The notes beneath the pieces were generated by a model. It was not told the DNA's origin, did no database searches, and worked only from the letters and a program-made list of their open reading frames with translations. Positions 1 to 11,390 of a stretch of DNA of 51,918 nt are shown in pieces (the first letter of the stretch is position 1; every line of letters begins with the position of its first letter). Location: positions 1 through 51,918 of the forward strand of contig CAZUFC010000056.1 of the NCBI GenBank assembly GCA_964619725.1, given 5' to 3'. This DNA comes from an uncultured bacterium (GTDB taxonomy: Bacteria; CSSED10-310; CAZUFC01). A program made the translations under genes and the position numbers.

Positions 1-97
1 GTTACAAAAAATAGACGAAAAGATGAAGAATGTCAGCCGGATTCTTTCGATTACTAAGCATTTAATGGTCAAAAAAAAATCTCCACGATAAATCATC

Positions 98-1105
98 TTA
101 TTTCTTCGAGTCAGTCTCGACAGGCGCATCCGTTTCACTCTCCTGTTCACCGTCCTTCTTCTGCCGGTAACCCCAGGAACCCGGAGGCCATATCGGATCG
201 CAATCCCAACAGGCTTCCGGATATCGCTTCATCAGCTTATCGCGGTACTCCTCGTACATTTTCTTTATCGTTGCATAGTCGCCTTCCATTGCGGCGTCCA
301 TTACTTTCTTGAATTCGGCTATGTCGATGTGAAATTCGGGATATCGTTTTTTCCGAAGTTCAAGCCTCTGTAATACTTTTAAATAATAGCTTTTATAACA
401 CGCAGAGAAAATTTTATCGAAATCATAGTCATATATTCCCGATTGCTCCTTTAAAATGCAGGAATAGACGTTTCCTTTTTCAAAAACTTCATAGACCTTT
501 TCGACAAGATCATCTTTTCCTTTCCATTTTCTGTATTTATCCAGCGAGTCGATCTTGAAAGGTTTGTCGACGGCATCAGAAAGGTAAAACCAGATGAAAA
601 TGTCTTTATCGTAGTTTTTGTATTTTATTATTTTTTTAGGGTCATTGGATTTAAAATTATATTTTTTGCGAACTAAGTAATAACCAAAGATGCCTTCGAA
701 ATCATTCCTTATGCTGTTCATAAATAACCTGAAAGATAAGTCCTCTTCAAAAGCGTCTAAAGGGTAACCCATACTGACAGCATAATCATTTTCAGGTAAT
801 CTGTTTAATGAATAATAAAATCTGTATTTTCTATAAAAACAAATGAAATTAATAACTTCTTTCGGCGATATGAATTGATCTTCATTTCTTTTCTTATTGT
901 TAAGCCATTCGAAACATTTTTCAAAAAAATTCGTCATCTGTTTTGCACTTAAATCAAATTTTCGTCGGCAAATAATGCGGCTGTTTTCAAACAACTCCTG
1001 AGGAGATATATCAATGGAAAAAGCAGCCGGAAAATAAATCGCAGAGATTAAAAACGCTATTATTGTTTTTTTAATGAATCTTTTCATTTTTTGCTCCTGT
1101 TTCAT
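98..1105 (-). CDS. Hypothetical secreted protein, AT-rich
   Basis: 335-aa ORF with a signal-peptide-like N-terminus (MKRFIKKTIIAFLISAIYFPAAFS; the start may be the second Met). Overlaps the upstream ORF end. No recognisable domain. Confidence 0.7.
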   Translation of the reverse strand: MKQEQKMKRFIKKTIIAFLISAIYFPAAFSIDISPQELFENSRIICRRKFDLSAKQMTNFFEKCFEWLNNKKRNEDQFISPKEVINFICFYRKYRFYYSLNRLPENDYAVSMGYPLDAFEEDLSFRLFMNSIRNDFEGIFGYYLVRKKYNFKSNDPKKIIKYKNYDKDIFIWFYLSDAVDKPFKIDSLDKYRKWKGKDDLVEKVYEVFEKGNVYSCILKEQSGIYDYDFDKIFSACYKSYYLKVLQRLELRKKRYPEFHIDIAEFKKVMDAAMEGDYATIKKMYEEYRDKLMKRYPEACWDCDPIWPPGSWGYRQKKDGEQESETDAPVETDSKK

Positions 1106-4100
1106 CGGTAGGTTTAATTAAAGCAAAACCTGAAAAAGGATAACATTCTACATACTCGGGCTTGATAAGGACCCTTTCAGCATCAATTATTTTTCCATCT
1201 ATCTGGTCGTTAATTCTTATATTTTCTTCCTTCATACAAATCGCCGCGGCGTTGTTATGAAAGTATACCTGAGTAAATTCAGCATAATCCTCACTGGACC
1301 ACTCATGGGAATCATCGGCTCTGAAGCTCAGCATCCCATGCAGGCTCGAACCGAGCTGCATATCAGCGTAAGGCGCATCAAAAACGTAGGTAATGTTTCC
1401 GACGAAAATGAATACGATCCTGTGACTGGACCATCCCCACCAATGATGAAGATTAGTTTGAGGGTCAAAATTGATTCTTTCTTCTATATAAGGGCACGAA
1501 CATCTTGCAAGATCGTTTTTCTTAAAATAAGAATCGTGATAATAGCAGTTGTGAGACCTGGTGAATTTAATTGGAGCGAAGGGACCGACATACCATTTCG
1601 TAGACTTTTGTTTGAAGAAAGCATCTGATCCAGGCTTACTTATGTGAACTTTTAAAGCAAATTCTCCTATGTCCGACCAGTAGTAATTGTTCATTCCTTT
1701 GTGTTGAACCGTCCAATATTGAATTTGATCATTATCCACATCAACAAGCACCGTCGTAGTATTCCTAACGTCATTGTTTTGACAAAGCAAATCGAATGTC
1801 ACGGAAATACTGCCGCAGCCTCCTTCACCATCAAACAAAGTAATTAATCCTGGATTAAAATTCGGATCAGAGGGTGTTGTCCAATCGCCATCCACTTTAA
1901 TGCCGAAATAATGAATCTTCTTTGCATTATCCCAATAAAGAGGCAAGTCCGGAAATTTCCGGGCAAGCCTCACTGCTTTGTCTGTTTTCTCATTTGATTT
2001 CGATTCCCCGGCGGACAATATCATAGTACCCCATTCGATCAAATGATCCAGGCGATTTGCTTTGGTTATTCCCAAAGGCAATCCGGATTCGTCCACATTC
2101 ATGAAGCATATTGAAGGCAGGTCTTCCTGAAGGGGGAAATTTTTCCATTACGAGGAATCGTCTTTTTCACGTTTGTATTGAAACCTGTAATCGTTGCCGT
2201 TGATGTGGGTTATTTCCTGACGTTTTACGCCTTCAAGCAAATAAACGACTTCATGTTTGTCATTTCCGCATTCTCCGCCGAAATAAGCGATTTCTTTGAA
2301 CACCGCCAATTCGCTTTCTTCAGCGGAACAAGCGCTGTAGTCATACAGCCTGACGTCAAGCTCCAGAGGATTAAAAAACTCCGGCAGGCAGACAGTCGTT
2401 AAAACTTCAAATTTATCTTCGGGTCCGCTGCCCTTCGTATACACTACTACATGGGGCTTTTCTCTGCCGTTTTGAACGGGCCATTGAACGAACGGTATAT
2501 CCTGAAAATTGCCGGATGTTTTATTCTCTATCTCTTTGCAGGCTTCTCTGTCGAGGAAGGAAACTTCCAACAATTGAACATTATGGATGTTGATGCTGTA
2601 GCTATGATTGTATTGGCTGTTTGATTCGTCATGAATCACGACGAAAGATTCATAGTCTGTTTCGGCCAGATATCCCGGATTCAACGATAAGGGTTCCCAG
2701 TATGTCGTATTAAGATTTTCCATGTAGTCCAGCCAGCCTATCAAATAAGTTTCCGTAAAAGGAAAGGAATAGAATTTCGTATGTGATAAGTAGCTGTCGG
2801 TATGAATGTAATCTGAGAGCAGTCTGACGGCCTTCGGCGCAGTAATTTGCAATTCAGATACGGCTTCTGAAATAACTTCATTGATTCCCCAGAATGAATA
2901 ACCGTCCTGATTAACATTGACGCAGGGAACCGACTTCAAGATTTCAGTATCATATATTTCGAATTTAAGCTCGGCTTGTCCGTGGGGATACAAATAAAAC
3001 CAGATAGTCGTCGCCCAATCCAGAAATTCAAAATGTTGAGAAACATTGCAGTCTTCTCCAAGTTCAAACAGCATACTTCCTATGCCTTTTCCTATGTACA
3101 GGTCCGCTTCGATCGTTTCATTAAAACAAGTTCCCGTCGCTCCCGTAAAACAGGCGCTTTCCATGCCGAATCCGTCTATTACTGTAATTCCTATAGGATC
3201 GTTTAAAGAAGCGGTAAATTCTTCCGATTGGCTGCTGTCGAAGAAGAAAGCGCCGTTTTCGTCTGATATGGTCGTATCTGATTTTCCGTTCAGTAAATTG
3301 ATTATTTTTACCTGATGATTGGGTGCGACGCTTCCTGCTTCGGAATAAACCGTCAGGTTTCCGTTTTCAGCAGGAGTCGGTTCGCTTATCACGAAGTTGG
3401 ATGGAGGATTGGGACGAGAGGAACTATGGTGAACCGTGACGTATGCCGGAGGGCTCTCATTCCCGGATTCATCGACTGCAACGACGGTCAGTTCGCTCGA
3501 CTGATTTTTGTTTATGCGAACCGGTACGTTGAATTCTCCCAGAGCGGTATCGGCAAAAGTCCATCGTTTTTCAAGTCCTCCTTCCACGATGACTTTGACT
3601 GACGGTTCTGCATAGCCGGAAACGTAAATGACGTCGATAATCGCTGTTTCTTCGTCTTGAGGATTTTCGATTATTGGAGGAACCGGCGTGCTTATATCGG
3701 TCGTCGGATACGATGTCGGCGAACCCGTGGGCGTTCCGGCAGGCGTCGGCGAATACAAGCTGATATCTATATTTTCAGAGAATGCGCCAGGTTCGACGGC
3801 AACGGCCTCGGGATTGCCGATTAACGGATAGATGCCGAACGGGTCATCGGGATCGGGCCCGCCTCCACCCTCCCTGTCGATGTCCATGTAAGCCCGGACA
3901 TAATAGTCGCCGACCTTTAAACCGTCCACAATGTAATTCTCCCTGCCGAATATGGAAACTTCTTTTGCAAGTTCAGTAAATTGTTCGTCTTCATAACAGC
4001 CGATGTAAACCGAATAAGGTTTTCGGTCTATATAAGAAAGGGTTCCGCTTATTCCTCCCGATTCCTCCAGAGTGAAGTCCATTCCGGCGATCACGGTCGG

Positions 4101-6959
4101 CGTTGCAGGCACAGGAATCGGAGTCATTCGTTTTAGGTCCTCCAGTCCCTTTTCCGCACCGTCGATTATAATTGCATATTGGCCCGATTTCAATCCGTCT
4201 ATACTATAATTTCCATTAAAATCTGTCGTCGACGACTCAATAATCGAATCGTTTTCAGACCAGGCTTTTACTCTGACGCCCGGGACAGGCGTTCCATTGC
4301 AGTCGATTCTCCCGCTTATTTTCGATCCCGGGCACAGATTGAAATCCACGTTATCCGCGTGATTATGACTTGAAATTACAATTAAATCAGATGCATAACC
4401 GTTCGTCCTGTCGTTGTAATATTTGCTCTCATAACCCATTCTTTTTCCCATGGCATGCACGAAGTAATTTCCGTCAGGCAGTCCATTGGCCTCATAGCGC
4501 CCATTTTCATCCGTAACAGAGCGTCTTTCAACCATCCACGGCATTCCGGGAAACAAGATTCTGTAAATCGTTACCGTTATTCCTTCCAGCGCATTATTTT
4601 CACAATCTTCCACAGTTCCGCTGATGAGTCCGCCGGGTTGGAGATAAACCGGCGTCGGTACAGTCATATCCGGCGCTTCGACGGTGAGCGCTTCTGCATT
4701 AATGCTCATTATTGCATCAGTATAATAGAATTTATTCCAGCCGGCATCACGGCCGTCGAATTCCATGTAATATTTATCATTTTCCGGATCAGAAAAATCA
4801 TAACTGCCGTATTCGTCCGTTACGGTTTCTCCTGCAGGATACCAGCTTGTTTTAAACAGCTTGACCTTAACGCCGGCCGCCGGAGATGGAGTCTGAGCGT
4901 TGTTGAAAACATAACCGCATATCCCGCCCAGCGGCGTGGGAGTAGAAGTAGGGGTAGGCGTATCGGTGGGAATTCGGGTGGGAACTTCGGAAGGCGTAAC
5001 TGGGGGACTTTGTATTGATGTGGGACTGAAAGTAGGCGAATCCGTAAAGGCGGGACTGAAGGTCGGACTCATGGAAGCGGTGGGCGTTAATGTCGGAGAA
5101 AATGTTGAAGTGGGACTTAAGATGGGACTTTCGGTTGAGGTGGGTGAAAAAGCAGGACTTAAAGTTACAGTAGGCGTTTTTGTCGCAGTATCGGCGGACG
5201 TCATAGTTGGAGAGAGAGTCGGTGAAAACGTAGGGGACAATGTGGATGTTGAAGACGGCGACAGGGTAGGACTTGATGTGCTCGTCAAGGTCGGACTTGA
5301 TGTAGGACTGAGAGTTTCGGTAGGCGATGAAGTCGGTGTTGACGTCGAAGTCGGGGATAATGTCGGCGTGACGGTTGACGTAAAAGTGGGAGAAAGAGTC
5401 GGTGAATGAGTGGAACTCGGAGTCAGGGTCGGCGTGAATGTGGGCGAATCGGTCGGCGTAAGCGTGGGCGATAAAGTCGATGTTTTCGTAGGCGTATTCG
5501 TCGGTGTGGCCGTAGGGGTAAGGGTATAAGTATCCGTAGGGGTTATCGTAACCGTGGGCGACAGAGTGACGGTCGGCGATAAAGTCGGCGTCTCCGAAGG
5601 CGTCATGGTCGGCGAATATGTGGGTACGGGCGTGGGAACGGGTTCCCTGAAGCCGCAGATATCTCTGTCATGCCCGTTGAAGCCGGACCAGAGTATCCAG
5701 TAGTAACCTGCAGGATCGAATGCTGCCGAAGGGGAGTAATCGTAAAAATACTGAGCATCGATGTCGTTTATCTGTATTTCCGGGCCATAGTCGTCGGTCC
5801 AGTGACGGATGCGCATGATAATCTCTGAGTTGTTTTCGGAATGGCGCTCCCATACTATGGCGATTCTGTCGTCGCTGTCCAGGACTATGGACGGGTACAG
5901 GTTTCCCTCTGAATTGGAATCGCTGATCTGTTCCGGGTTTTGAGCCCATACCTCGCTATCATGGATTCTCAGGAATATATGGTCGTCCTGGCAGCCGGGA
6001 TTGTCCTCGCTCCATATGACGATAATGCGATCAGAGGAATCAACGGCGACGCGAGGGGCTGACGAACAGGTCTGGGCGGGCATGGATATTTCCTCCGGGG
6101 CATCCCAGGTTTGCTGCTGGACGTTCCAGAAGGCGGCGAGTATTTTCTGTTCATCGCCGTCATTGCTCGCCCAGACGCACACGGGGTCACCGTTTCCGTC
6201 CAGCGCTATGTCGGGGGTTATGTCCCTGTCCACGGTTTGGGCAACAGTCGCCCGATTGCTCCAGCCGGCGCCTCCGTCGGTTGAATAGTATATTTCGAAA
6301 TCATACGTCTGACCGCTGCAGGAGGACCATACCGCCCATTTTTTTCCTGTTGCGGGATCGACCGCTATGGCTGGAGCGGCATCGTATTCGTCCGTTTCGG
6401 GTAATGACGCCGGTTCAGGCGGATCGCTGAATGAGTCTGCATCCCATTGAGTCGTAACCGCGCTTTTGCCGTTTGCGGTCAAGGCGGAAAATATTATTAC
6501 GGGATCGCCGGAACCGTCTGCTGCGATGTCCGGGTTGCGGCACAGACTCATTCCCCCAGCCGGCAGCACTGTTTCGTCCGGCGACCATGGATCGGCGCCG
6601 GAATGCCTGGTCCACAGTATCTTCAGATCGCCGTTTCGATAAGCCTCCCAGACGGTCCATACGTAACCGCCTCCGTATACCGCCCTTGGACGCACGTCGT
6701 CGTATCCTTCCTGCTCCGGAGCGTTTACCGGGAACTCATGCTCCCAGTCAGGCGTACCGGTCGGTCCCGCTTCGGGGGTAGGCGTCGGCGTTCCGCCTCC
6801 TTCGCCGCCGCCCTGGTACCAGCCCTGGTTGGAGCCTTCATCTCTCCTCACGCCGGCATCGTCGATGAAGAAGCCGTCCGTATTGAAGCGATAAGATGAA
6901 AATTCGGGATCGCCGGCGTCTATGCAGGGCGATCCCCGGACTAGCCGGTTTTTGTCCAT
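1071..6959 (-). pseudogene. Very large modular secreted protein: propeller-like repeats, T/P linker, carboxypeptidase-regulatory/Ig-like repeats, unique C-terminus; 5'-truncated, with an internal TAA
   Basis: ORFs 2148-6959 and 1071-2102 are in the same frame, separated only by TAA at 2150-2148 (…DDSS*WKNFPLQEDLPSICFMNVDESG…). The ATG at 6959 lies in an inverted-repeat element, there is no signal peptide, and the sequence opens with GSPCIDAGDP, normally the end of a beta-helix domain. Confidence 0.6.
4930..5645 (-). repeat. Thr/Pro/Ser-rich linker of degenerate tandem repeats (TPTLSPT-like)
   Basis: About 235 aa of PT/SPT repeats in the translation. Confidence 0.9.
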
Positions 6960-7149
6960 AAACGGCGAATTTCCCCCAATACTGCGTCAGGCTGCGGATT
7001 TGCTCAGTCAACGTATATGCATTACCCCTGCCTCGCAAATCCTTGTCTTAATTGCTTTAAGTTAAATTCGCCCGTTTATGGATCAAAAACCCAAGTGGCT
7101 GTGCAGCATTAAATTTTGAATCGAGATTCGAGTTTATGGACAGGCACTA
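6941..7149. mobile_element. MITE-like non-autonomous element(s) with terminal inverted repeats
   Basis: 6947-6972 GGTTTTTGTCCATAAACGGCGAATTT is the inverted copy of 7064-7091 AAATTCGCCCGTTTATGGATCAAAAACC. Internal IR GGATTTGC/GCAAATCC. A second degenerate unit spans 7093-7149 (aagtggctgtgca…tggacaggcacta). CTAG at the left junction. Confidence 0.6.
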
Positions 7150-7581
7150 ACTCTTCTCTCCCTCTCTTCTCTTTTCGCGTGAATCAGCGTAATTTCGCGG
7201 ACGTTCATTCTTCTGAACGCGTTTATTTTTTGCCGATGCTTATCGGGGAGACCGGCGCTTTCGGACGAACCTGCCAGAAAGGCTTGTAAGTTTTTAAGGC
7301 CGATTTGACGCCTGGAACCTTCTCAGACGATCACATCCGGTCTGAGCGAAAGTATGTCGGGAAGAACCTCCACCAATGGCGGCGCCCTGAAGGCTGATAG
7401 TCGTCAGAAATTGATCAGTATTGCAGTCAGCAGCCCTCCGGTTACGATTTTACTTGAACAGAACCGGCAAATGTTTTAATATTTCCTGCTGAATCGTTTT
7501 CTGATTGTTTTGACGGCATAAGGGTCATTTGAGGTACGCTCAATTCGATCCCGGATGAAATCGCAAGAAAGGAGTCTAAGG

Positions 7582-9168
7582 ATGGTTAAATTGATTACGG
7601 CGCTGTTTTTATGCATGGTTTTTACCGTTGCCGGATACGCCGGGGAAACAGGAAACGTTAAACCGGGCGCGGCGCTTGAAACTCAAAAGCTGAAGGTTGA
7701 AGCATTGCGGGCCGCTTTCGGGGCATCCCGCAGCGATCCGCGTTATGATTACGCCTTTGATCTGGACGGGTCCGGACTGATCGACGGAATGGACCTGGCT
7801 TTATTGCTTGGCGAAGGCGACATTTCAGCCGCTTTTCATAACAGGTTTACCGATTTTGAAAAACCTGAAGCTGAGTATGTGCCGGATGAGATTCTTCTTA
7901 AATTCAAAGAGGAGGTTGCCTCTTCGGTACAAAAGGAAATAATCGAATCACGAGGGAATAAGATAAAATTCAAAAGCAAAAGAGGGGGATATTATCGAGT
8001 CGGCTTGAGTTCAGGGGAAACGGTGATGGGAGCGATAGCGGAATATTCATCGAAGAAGGAAACGCTTTATGCCGAGCCGAACTATTATGTGTATCCGCTG
8101 TGGAGTCCCAACGATCCTTATTACGGTTATCAGTGGCATTTCGATGATATCGGTATGGAAAAAGCCTGGGATGTGGAGCAGGGCGGAAACAGTTCAGTCA
8201 TAGTGGCTGTGTGCGATACGGGCGTCGCCTATGAAAATACGACCAGGTATGAAAATTTCGAATGGTGCGACGGCCGACGCTTTTCCGGAACGGTCTCATT
8301 CTGCCAGGCGCCTGATCTGGCCGGCGCTTCTTTTGTCCAGGGTTACGACGCCTTCTACGGGGACTATCATCCCAATGACGACAACGGACACGGAACGCAT
8401 GTCGCAGGCACCATCGCCCAGACCACGAACAATTCAAGAGGAGTAGCCGGCATAGCGTTTAACTGCGCCATTATGCCTGTAAAGATGTCGAATGCCTGCG
8501 GACAGGGAACCACCGCCGACGAAGCGGAAGCATTCTATTACGCTGTGGACCATGGCGCAGACGTGATCAATTGCAGTTTCGGCGGAGCCGGCTCCACGAA
8601 TGCGCTGCATGACGCCGTAAGGTATGCCTACAATAATAATGTATGGATCGTGGCGTCATCAGGCAATGAAGCCGACGACGCAGGTTGGAACGGCAAAATC
8701 AATTATCCCGCCGGTTATCCTGAATCAATCGCGGTCGGCGCAGCCAATCCCCAGGAAGAACGTTCCTACTATTCCAATTACGGTGAAACGTCGCACGGCG
8801 CCGGAGTGGATATAATCGCTCCCGGCGGAGACACCAGGTATGACAATAACGACGACGGGTATATCGACGGAGTGCTTCAAAACACTTTTCCGACTCCACA
8901 GGTCGTCGGAAACACCATGTATATCTATTTCTGCGATTTCGATTATTATTTCTTCCAGGGAACTTCCATGGCCGCCCCGCACGTCACGGGCGTCATCGCA
9001 TTACTCATTGCCGCAGGAGTGGAAGACAGGGATGAAATCTACAGCATTTTGACCTCTACCGCCAAAGATGTGGGCGCAGAAGGCAAAGATGCTCAAACCG
9101 GATACGGACTTCTTAACGCTGAAGCAGCCCTCAATTACGCCAAATACGGCTGGGGTTGGGACAATTAA
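7582..9168 (+). CDS. Secreted subtilisin-like S8 serine peptidase with a dockerin/EF-hand-like motif and propeptide
   Basis: Catalytic motifs VAVCDTG, HGTHVAG and GTSMAAPH; signal peptide; DLDGSGLIDGMDL loop; AAGGAG RBS before the ATG at 7582. Confidence 0.92.
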   Translation: MVKLITALFLCMVFTVAGYAGETGNVKPGAALETQKLKVEALRAAFGASRSDPRYDYAFDLDGSGLIDGMDLALLLGEGDISAAFHNRFTDFEKPEAEYVPDEILLKFKEEVASSVQKEIIESRGNKIKFKSKRGGYYRVGLSSGETVMGAIAEYSSKKETLYAEPNYYVYPLWSPNDPYYGYQWHFDDIGMEKAWDVEQGGNSSVIVAVCDTGVAYENTTRYENFEWCDGRRFSGTVSFCQAPDLAGASFVQGYDAFYGDYHPNDDNGHGTHVAGTIAQTTNNSRGVAGIAFNCAIMPVKMSNACGQGTTADEAEAFYYAVDHGADVINCSFGGAGSTNALHDAVRYAYNNNVWIVASSGNEADDAGWNGKINYPAGYPESIAVGAANPQEERSYYSNYGETSHGAGVDIIAPGGDTRYDNNDDGYIDGVLQNTFPTPQVVGNTMYIYFCDFDYYFFQGTSMAAPHVTGVIALLIAAGVEDRDEIYSILTSTAKDVGAEGKDAQTGYGLLNAEAALNYAKYGWGWDN

Positions 9169-9195
9169 TTAATTCACTTATCAGGAGCGTTTTTC

Positions 9196-9870
9196 ATGAT
9201 GAATGTTTTAAGCGATGTGATCTTAAAAAAATCATTCGGTCTGACTTTGATGATTATAACGGTTTTCGGCGCCGCAATATCAGTTTCCACGGCTTCAGCC
9301 CAGCAATCCTTCGGGGGAACCACCGAAAGTCAATGGGGACTGGCGATCATTGGCGGCATCTTCGAACCCTCGCAGTCAAAAGACAGCTACTCGGAAGTTT
9401 ACGACGGATACGGTCCCCTCGCAGGATTTGCAGGCTATTGGACCTCGCCCATCGGCATCGGTATCGAAGCTTCAGGAGAATATTTCGCTAAATCTGGCGA
9501 CAGGGCCTATATATCAGGCGATACCGTAGACAACGGCTCTGAAGACCTGTCCATCCTCTCCCTCCTCGTTACCGGACGCTATTTTTTCATTATCGATAAA
9601 TCCTTTTCACCTTACGCAGGACTCGGCATTGGCTCCTATTCCCTTAATATCGATACTCCCGGACCACTGGAAAACGTCAGTGGAACAGGCTTCGGTTACC
9701 ATATCGTCGGCGGTATCGACCTCATGAGATTCAGCACGGTAGGCGTCGGCTTCTGGGCCAGATACAGCTCCGTACCCGACGTCATCGGCAACAGCGCCTT
9801 CAGCGCCTATTACGATGAAGACGATATCGGAGGTCTCTCTTTCGGCGCTAAGCTGCTGATTAACTTTTGA
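9196..9870 (+). CDS. Outer-membrane beta-barrel protein (OmpA/OmpW-like)
   Basis: Signal peptide, amphipathic strands, PYAGLGIG motif, C-terminal Phe; AGGAG RBS. Confidence 0.75.
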   Translation: MMNVLSDVILKKSFGLTLMIITVFGAAISVSTASAQQSFGGTTESQWGLAIIGGIFEPSQSKDSYSEVYDGYGPLAGFAGYWTSPIGIGIEASGEYFAKSGDRAYISGDTVDNGSEDLSILSLLVTGRYFFIIDKSFSPYAGLGIGSYSLNIDTPGPLENVSGTGFGYHIVGGIDLMRFSTVGVGFWARYSSVPDVIGNSAFSAYYDEDDIGGLSFGAKLLINF

Positions 9871-9916
9871 AATTGCCCGGCTGAATTCAAAATTCTACAT
9901 CCCCGTATACTCCTTT

Positions 9917-9973
9917 GCAGCGCCTGTCCACAAACTCATTTTTACTCGGCATGCCGGAGCGGACAGGCGCTGC
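9917..9973 (+). terminator. 13-bp inverted repeat; terminator or MITE-family relic
   Basis: GCAGCGCCTGTCC…GGACAGGCGCTGC followed by GAGTTTTT. Confidence 0.5.
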
Positions 9974-10022
9974 GAGTTTTTGATCCAGAAATTTCCCTAA
10001 TTACTTTCAAGGAAATTTCGGA

Positions 10023-10050
10023 TTGACATTCCGATATTTCCTGTTATAAT
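10023..10050 (+). promoter_or_regulatory. Consensus sigma70 promoter with extended -10
   Basis: TTGACA (10023-28), 16-nt spacer, TATAAT (10045-50) preceded by TGn. Confidence 0.8.
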
Positions 10051-10056
10051 ATCTCC

Positions 10057-11217
10057 ATGATAAAAAGGAACAAATATCTGAACAGAGTTGCCGTTTCTGT
10101 TAAGCGGTCACCCGTTACAGCGATCACAGGACCGAGGCAAAGCGGAAAAACGACGCTTGCCCGCATGTTTTCAGAAAACAGGGAAGTCGATTACTTCGAT
10201 TTGGAATCAAGGCCTGACGTTAACCGGCTTCAGAATCCGGAAATGGTTCTGGGACGCCGTGAGAACCTGGCGGTAATTGATGAGATTCAACGGATGCCGG
10301 AACTTTTCAATGTGCTGCGGGTTTTAGCGGATCGTCCCGGAAGCAAAGCGAAGTTCCTCATCCTGGGCAGCGCTTCCCCTGACATTATCCGCAACGTCTC
10401 TGAGACGTTAGCGGGACGGATTGAATTCATTGAGTTATCCGGTTTCGATTTAGGCGAAATAAGCGGGGAAAACTGGGAAAAGCGTTGGATTCGGGGCGGG
10501 TATCCTCGCTCATATCTGAGCGATTCCGATGAAGACAGTCTGGCATGGCGTGAAGGATTTATAAGAACTTTTCTGGAGCGTGACATACCCCAACTGGGAA
10601 TATCGATTCCTTCATCAGCCATGAGACGGTTCTGGACCATGACGGCGCATTATCATGGTCAAAAGTTCAATGCTTCGGTTCTGGCGAGATCGATGGGACT
10701 TTCCGATAAAACAGTCAGAAGTTATCTGGATATTTTAACGGGGACGTATATGATAAGGCAATTACAGCCCTGGTTTGCGAATATTTCAAAAAGGCAGGTC
10801 AAATCGCCGAAAATATATCTTCGAGATTCAGGATTAGTTCATAGTTTGTTGTATATTGATTCCCTCGATACTTTATTGGGACATCCTGCTGCAGGAGCAT
10901 CCTGGGAAGGATTCGTCATAGAACAGGTCGTTCAATGCCTTGCTCCGCAACAGGTCTATTATTGGGCGACGCATACCGGCGCTGAGCTTGATCTATATTT
11001 TATTTATCGCGGCCGGCCTTACGGTATGGAAATAAAATTCAGTGAAGCTCCGAAGGTCACAAAGTCCATGCATACAGCATTAAGGGATTTAAGCCTTAAT
11101 CATTTATGGATTCTTTATCCCGGAACGAAAACCTATCCCGTTCACGAAAAAATGACGGTGTTTCCGGCACGAAAACTTCCCAAACTGGCTGAAGAACAGC
11201 TTTTCCGTAAGACCTGA
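10057..11217 (+). CDS. AAA+ ATPase (AAA_14 plus DUF4143 type)
   Basis: Walker A GPRQSGKT, Walker B VIDEIQ, LGSAS, ETLAGRI, GGYP, KSPKIYLRDSG, and a C-terminal ELD…EIK nuclease-like motif. Confidence 0.9.
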   Translation: MIKRNKYLNRVAVSVKRSPVTAITGPRQSGKTTLARMFSENREVDYFDLESRPDVNRLQNPEMVLGRRENLAVIDEIQRMPELFNVLRVLADRPGSKAKFLILGSASPDIIRNVSETLAGRIEFIELSGFDLGEISGENWEKRWIRGGYPRSYLSDSDEDSLAWREGFIRTFLERDIPQLGISIPSSAMRRFWTMTAHYHGQKFNASVLARSMGLSDKTVRSYLDILTGTYMIRQLQPWFANISKRQVKSPKIYLRDSGLVHSLLYIDSLDTLLGHPAAGASWEGFVIEQVVQCLAPQQVYYWATHTGAELDLYFIYRGRPYGMEIKFSEAPKVTKSMHTALRDLSLNHLWILYPGTKTYPVHEKMTVFPARKLPKLAEEQLFRKT

Positions 11218-11390
11218 TTTTCATCTCAAAACTTCATATTTCAGCGTTTTCGCAGCCGATCACACCGGTATCCGGATTTTCATTTGCAGTCCTCCGGCAG
11301 GACGGCATGTGCATGACTTCAGCTTTGGTTAGGCGCCGGATCAATCACGCGTGAGCGGTTTTACAAATTCAACATTAAATTCCCGTTACT

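Noticed and set aside
4936-5409. 157-aa VG-rich ORF on the + strand
   Set aside because: Antisense shadow of the Thr/Pro linker.
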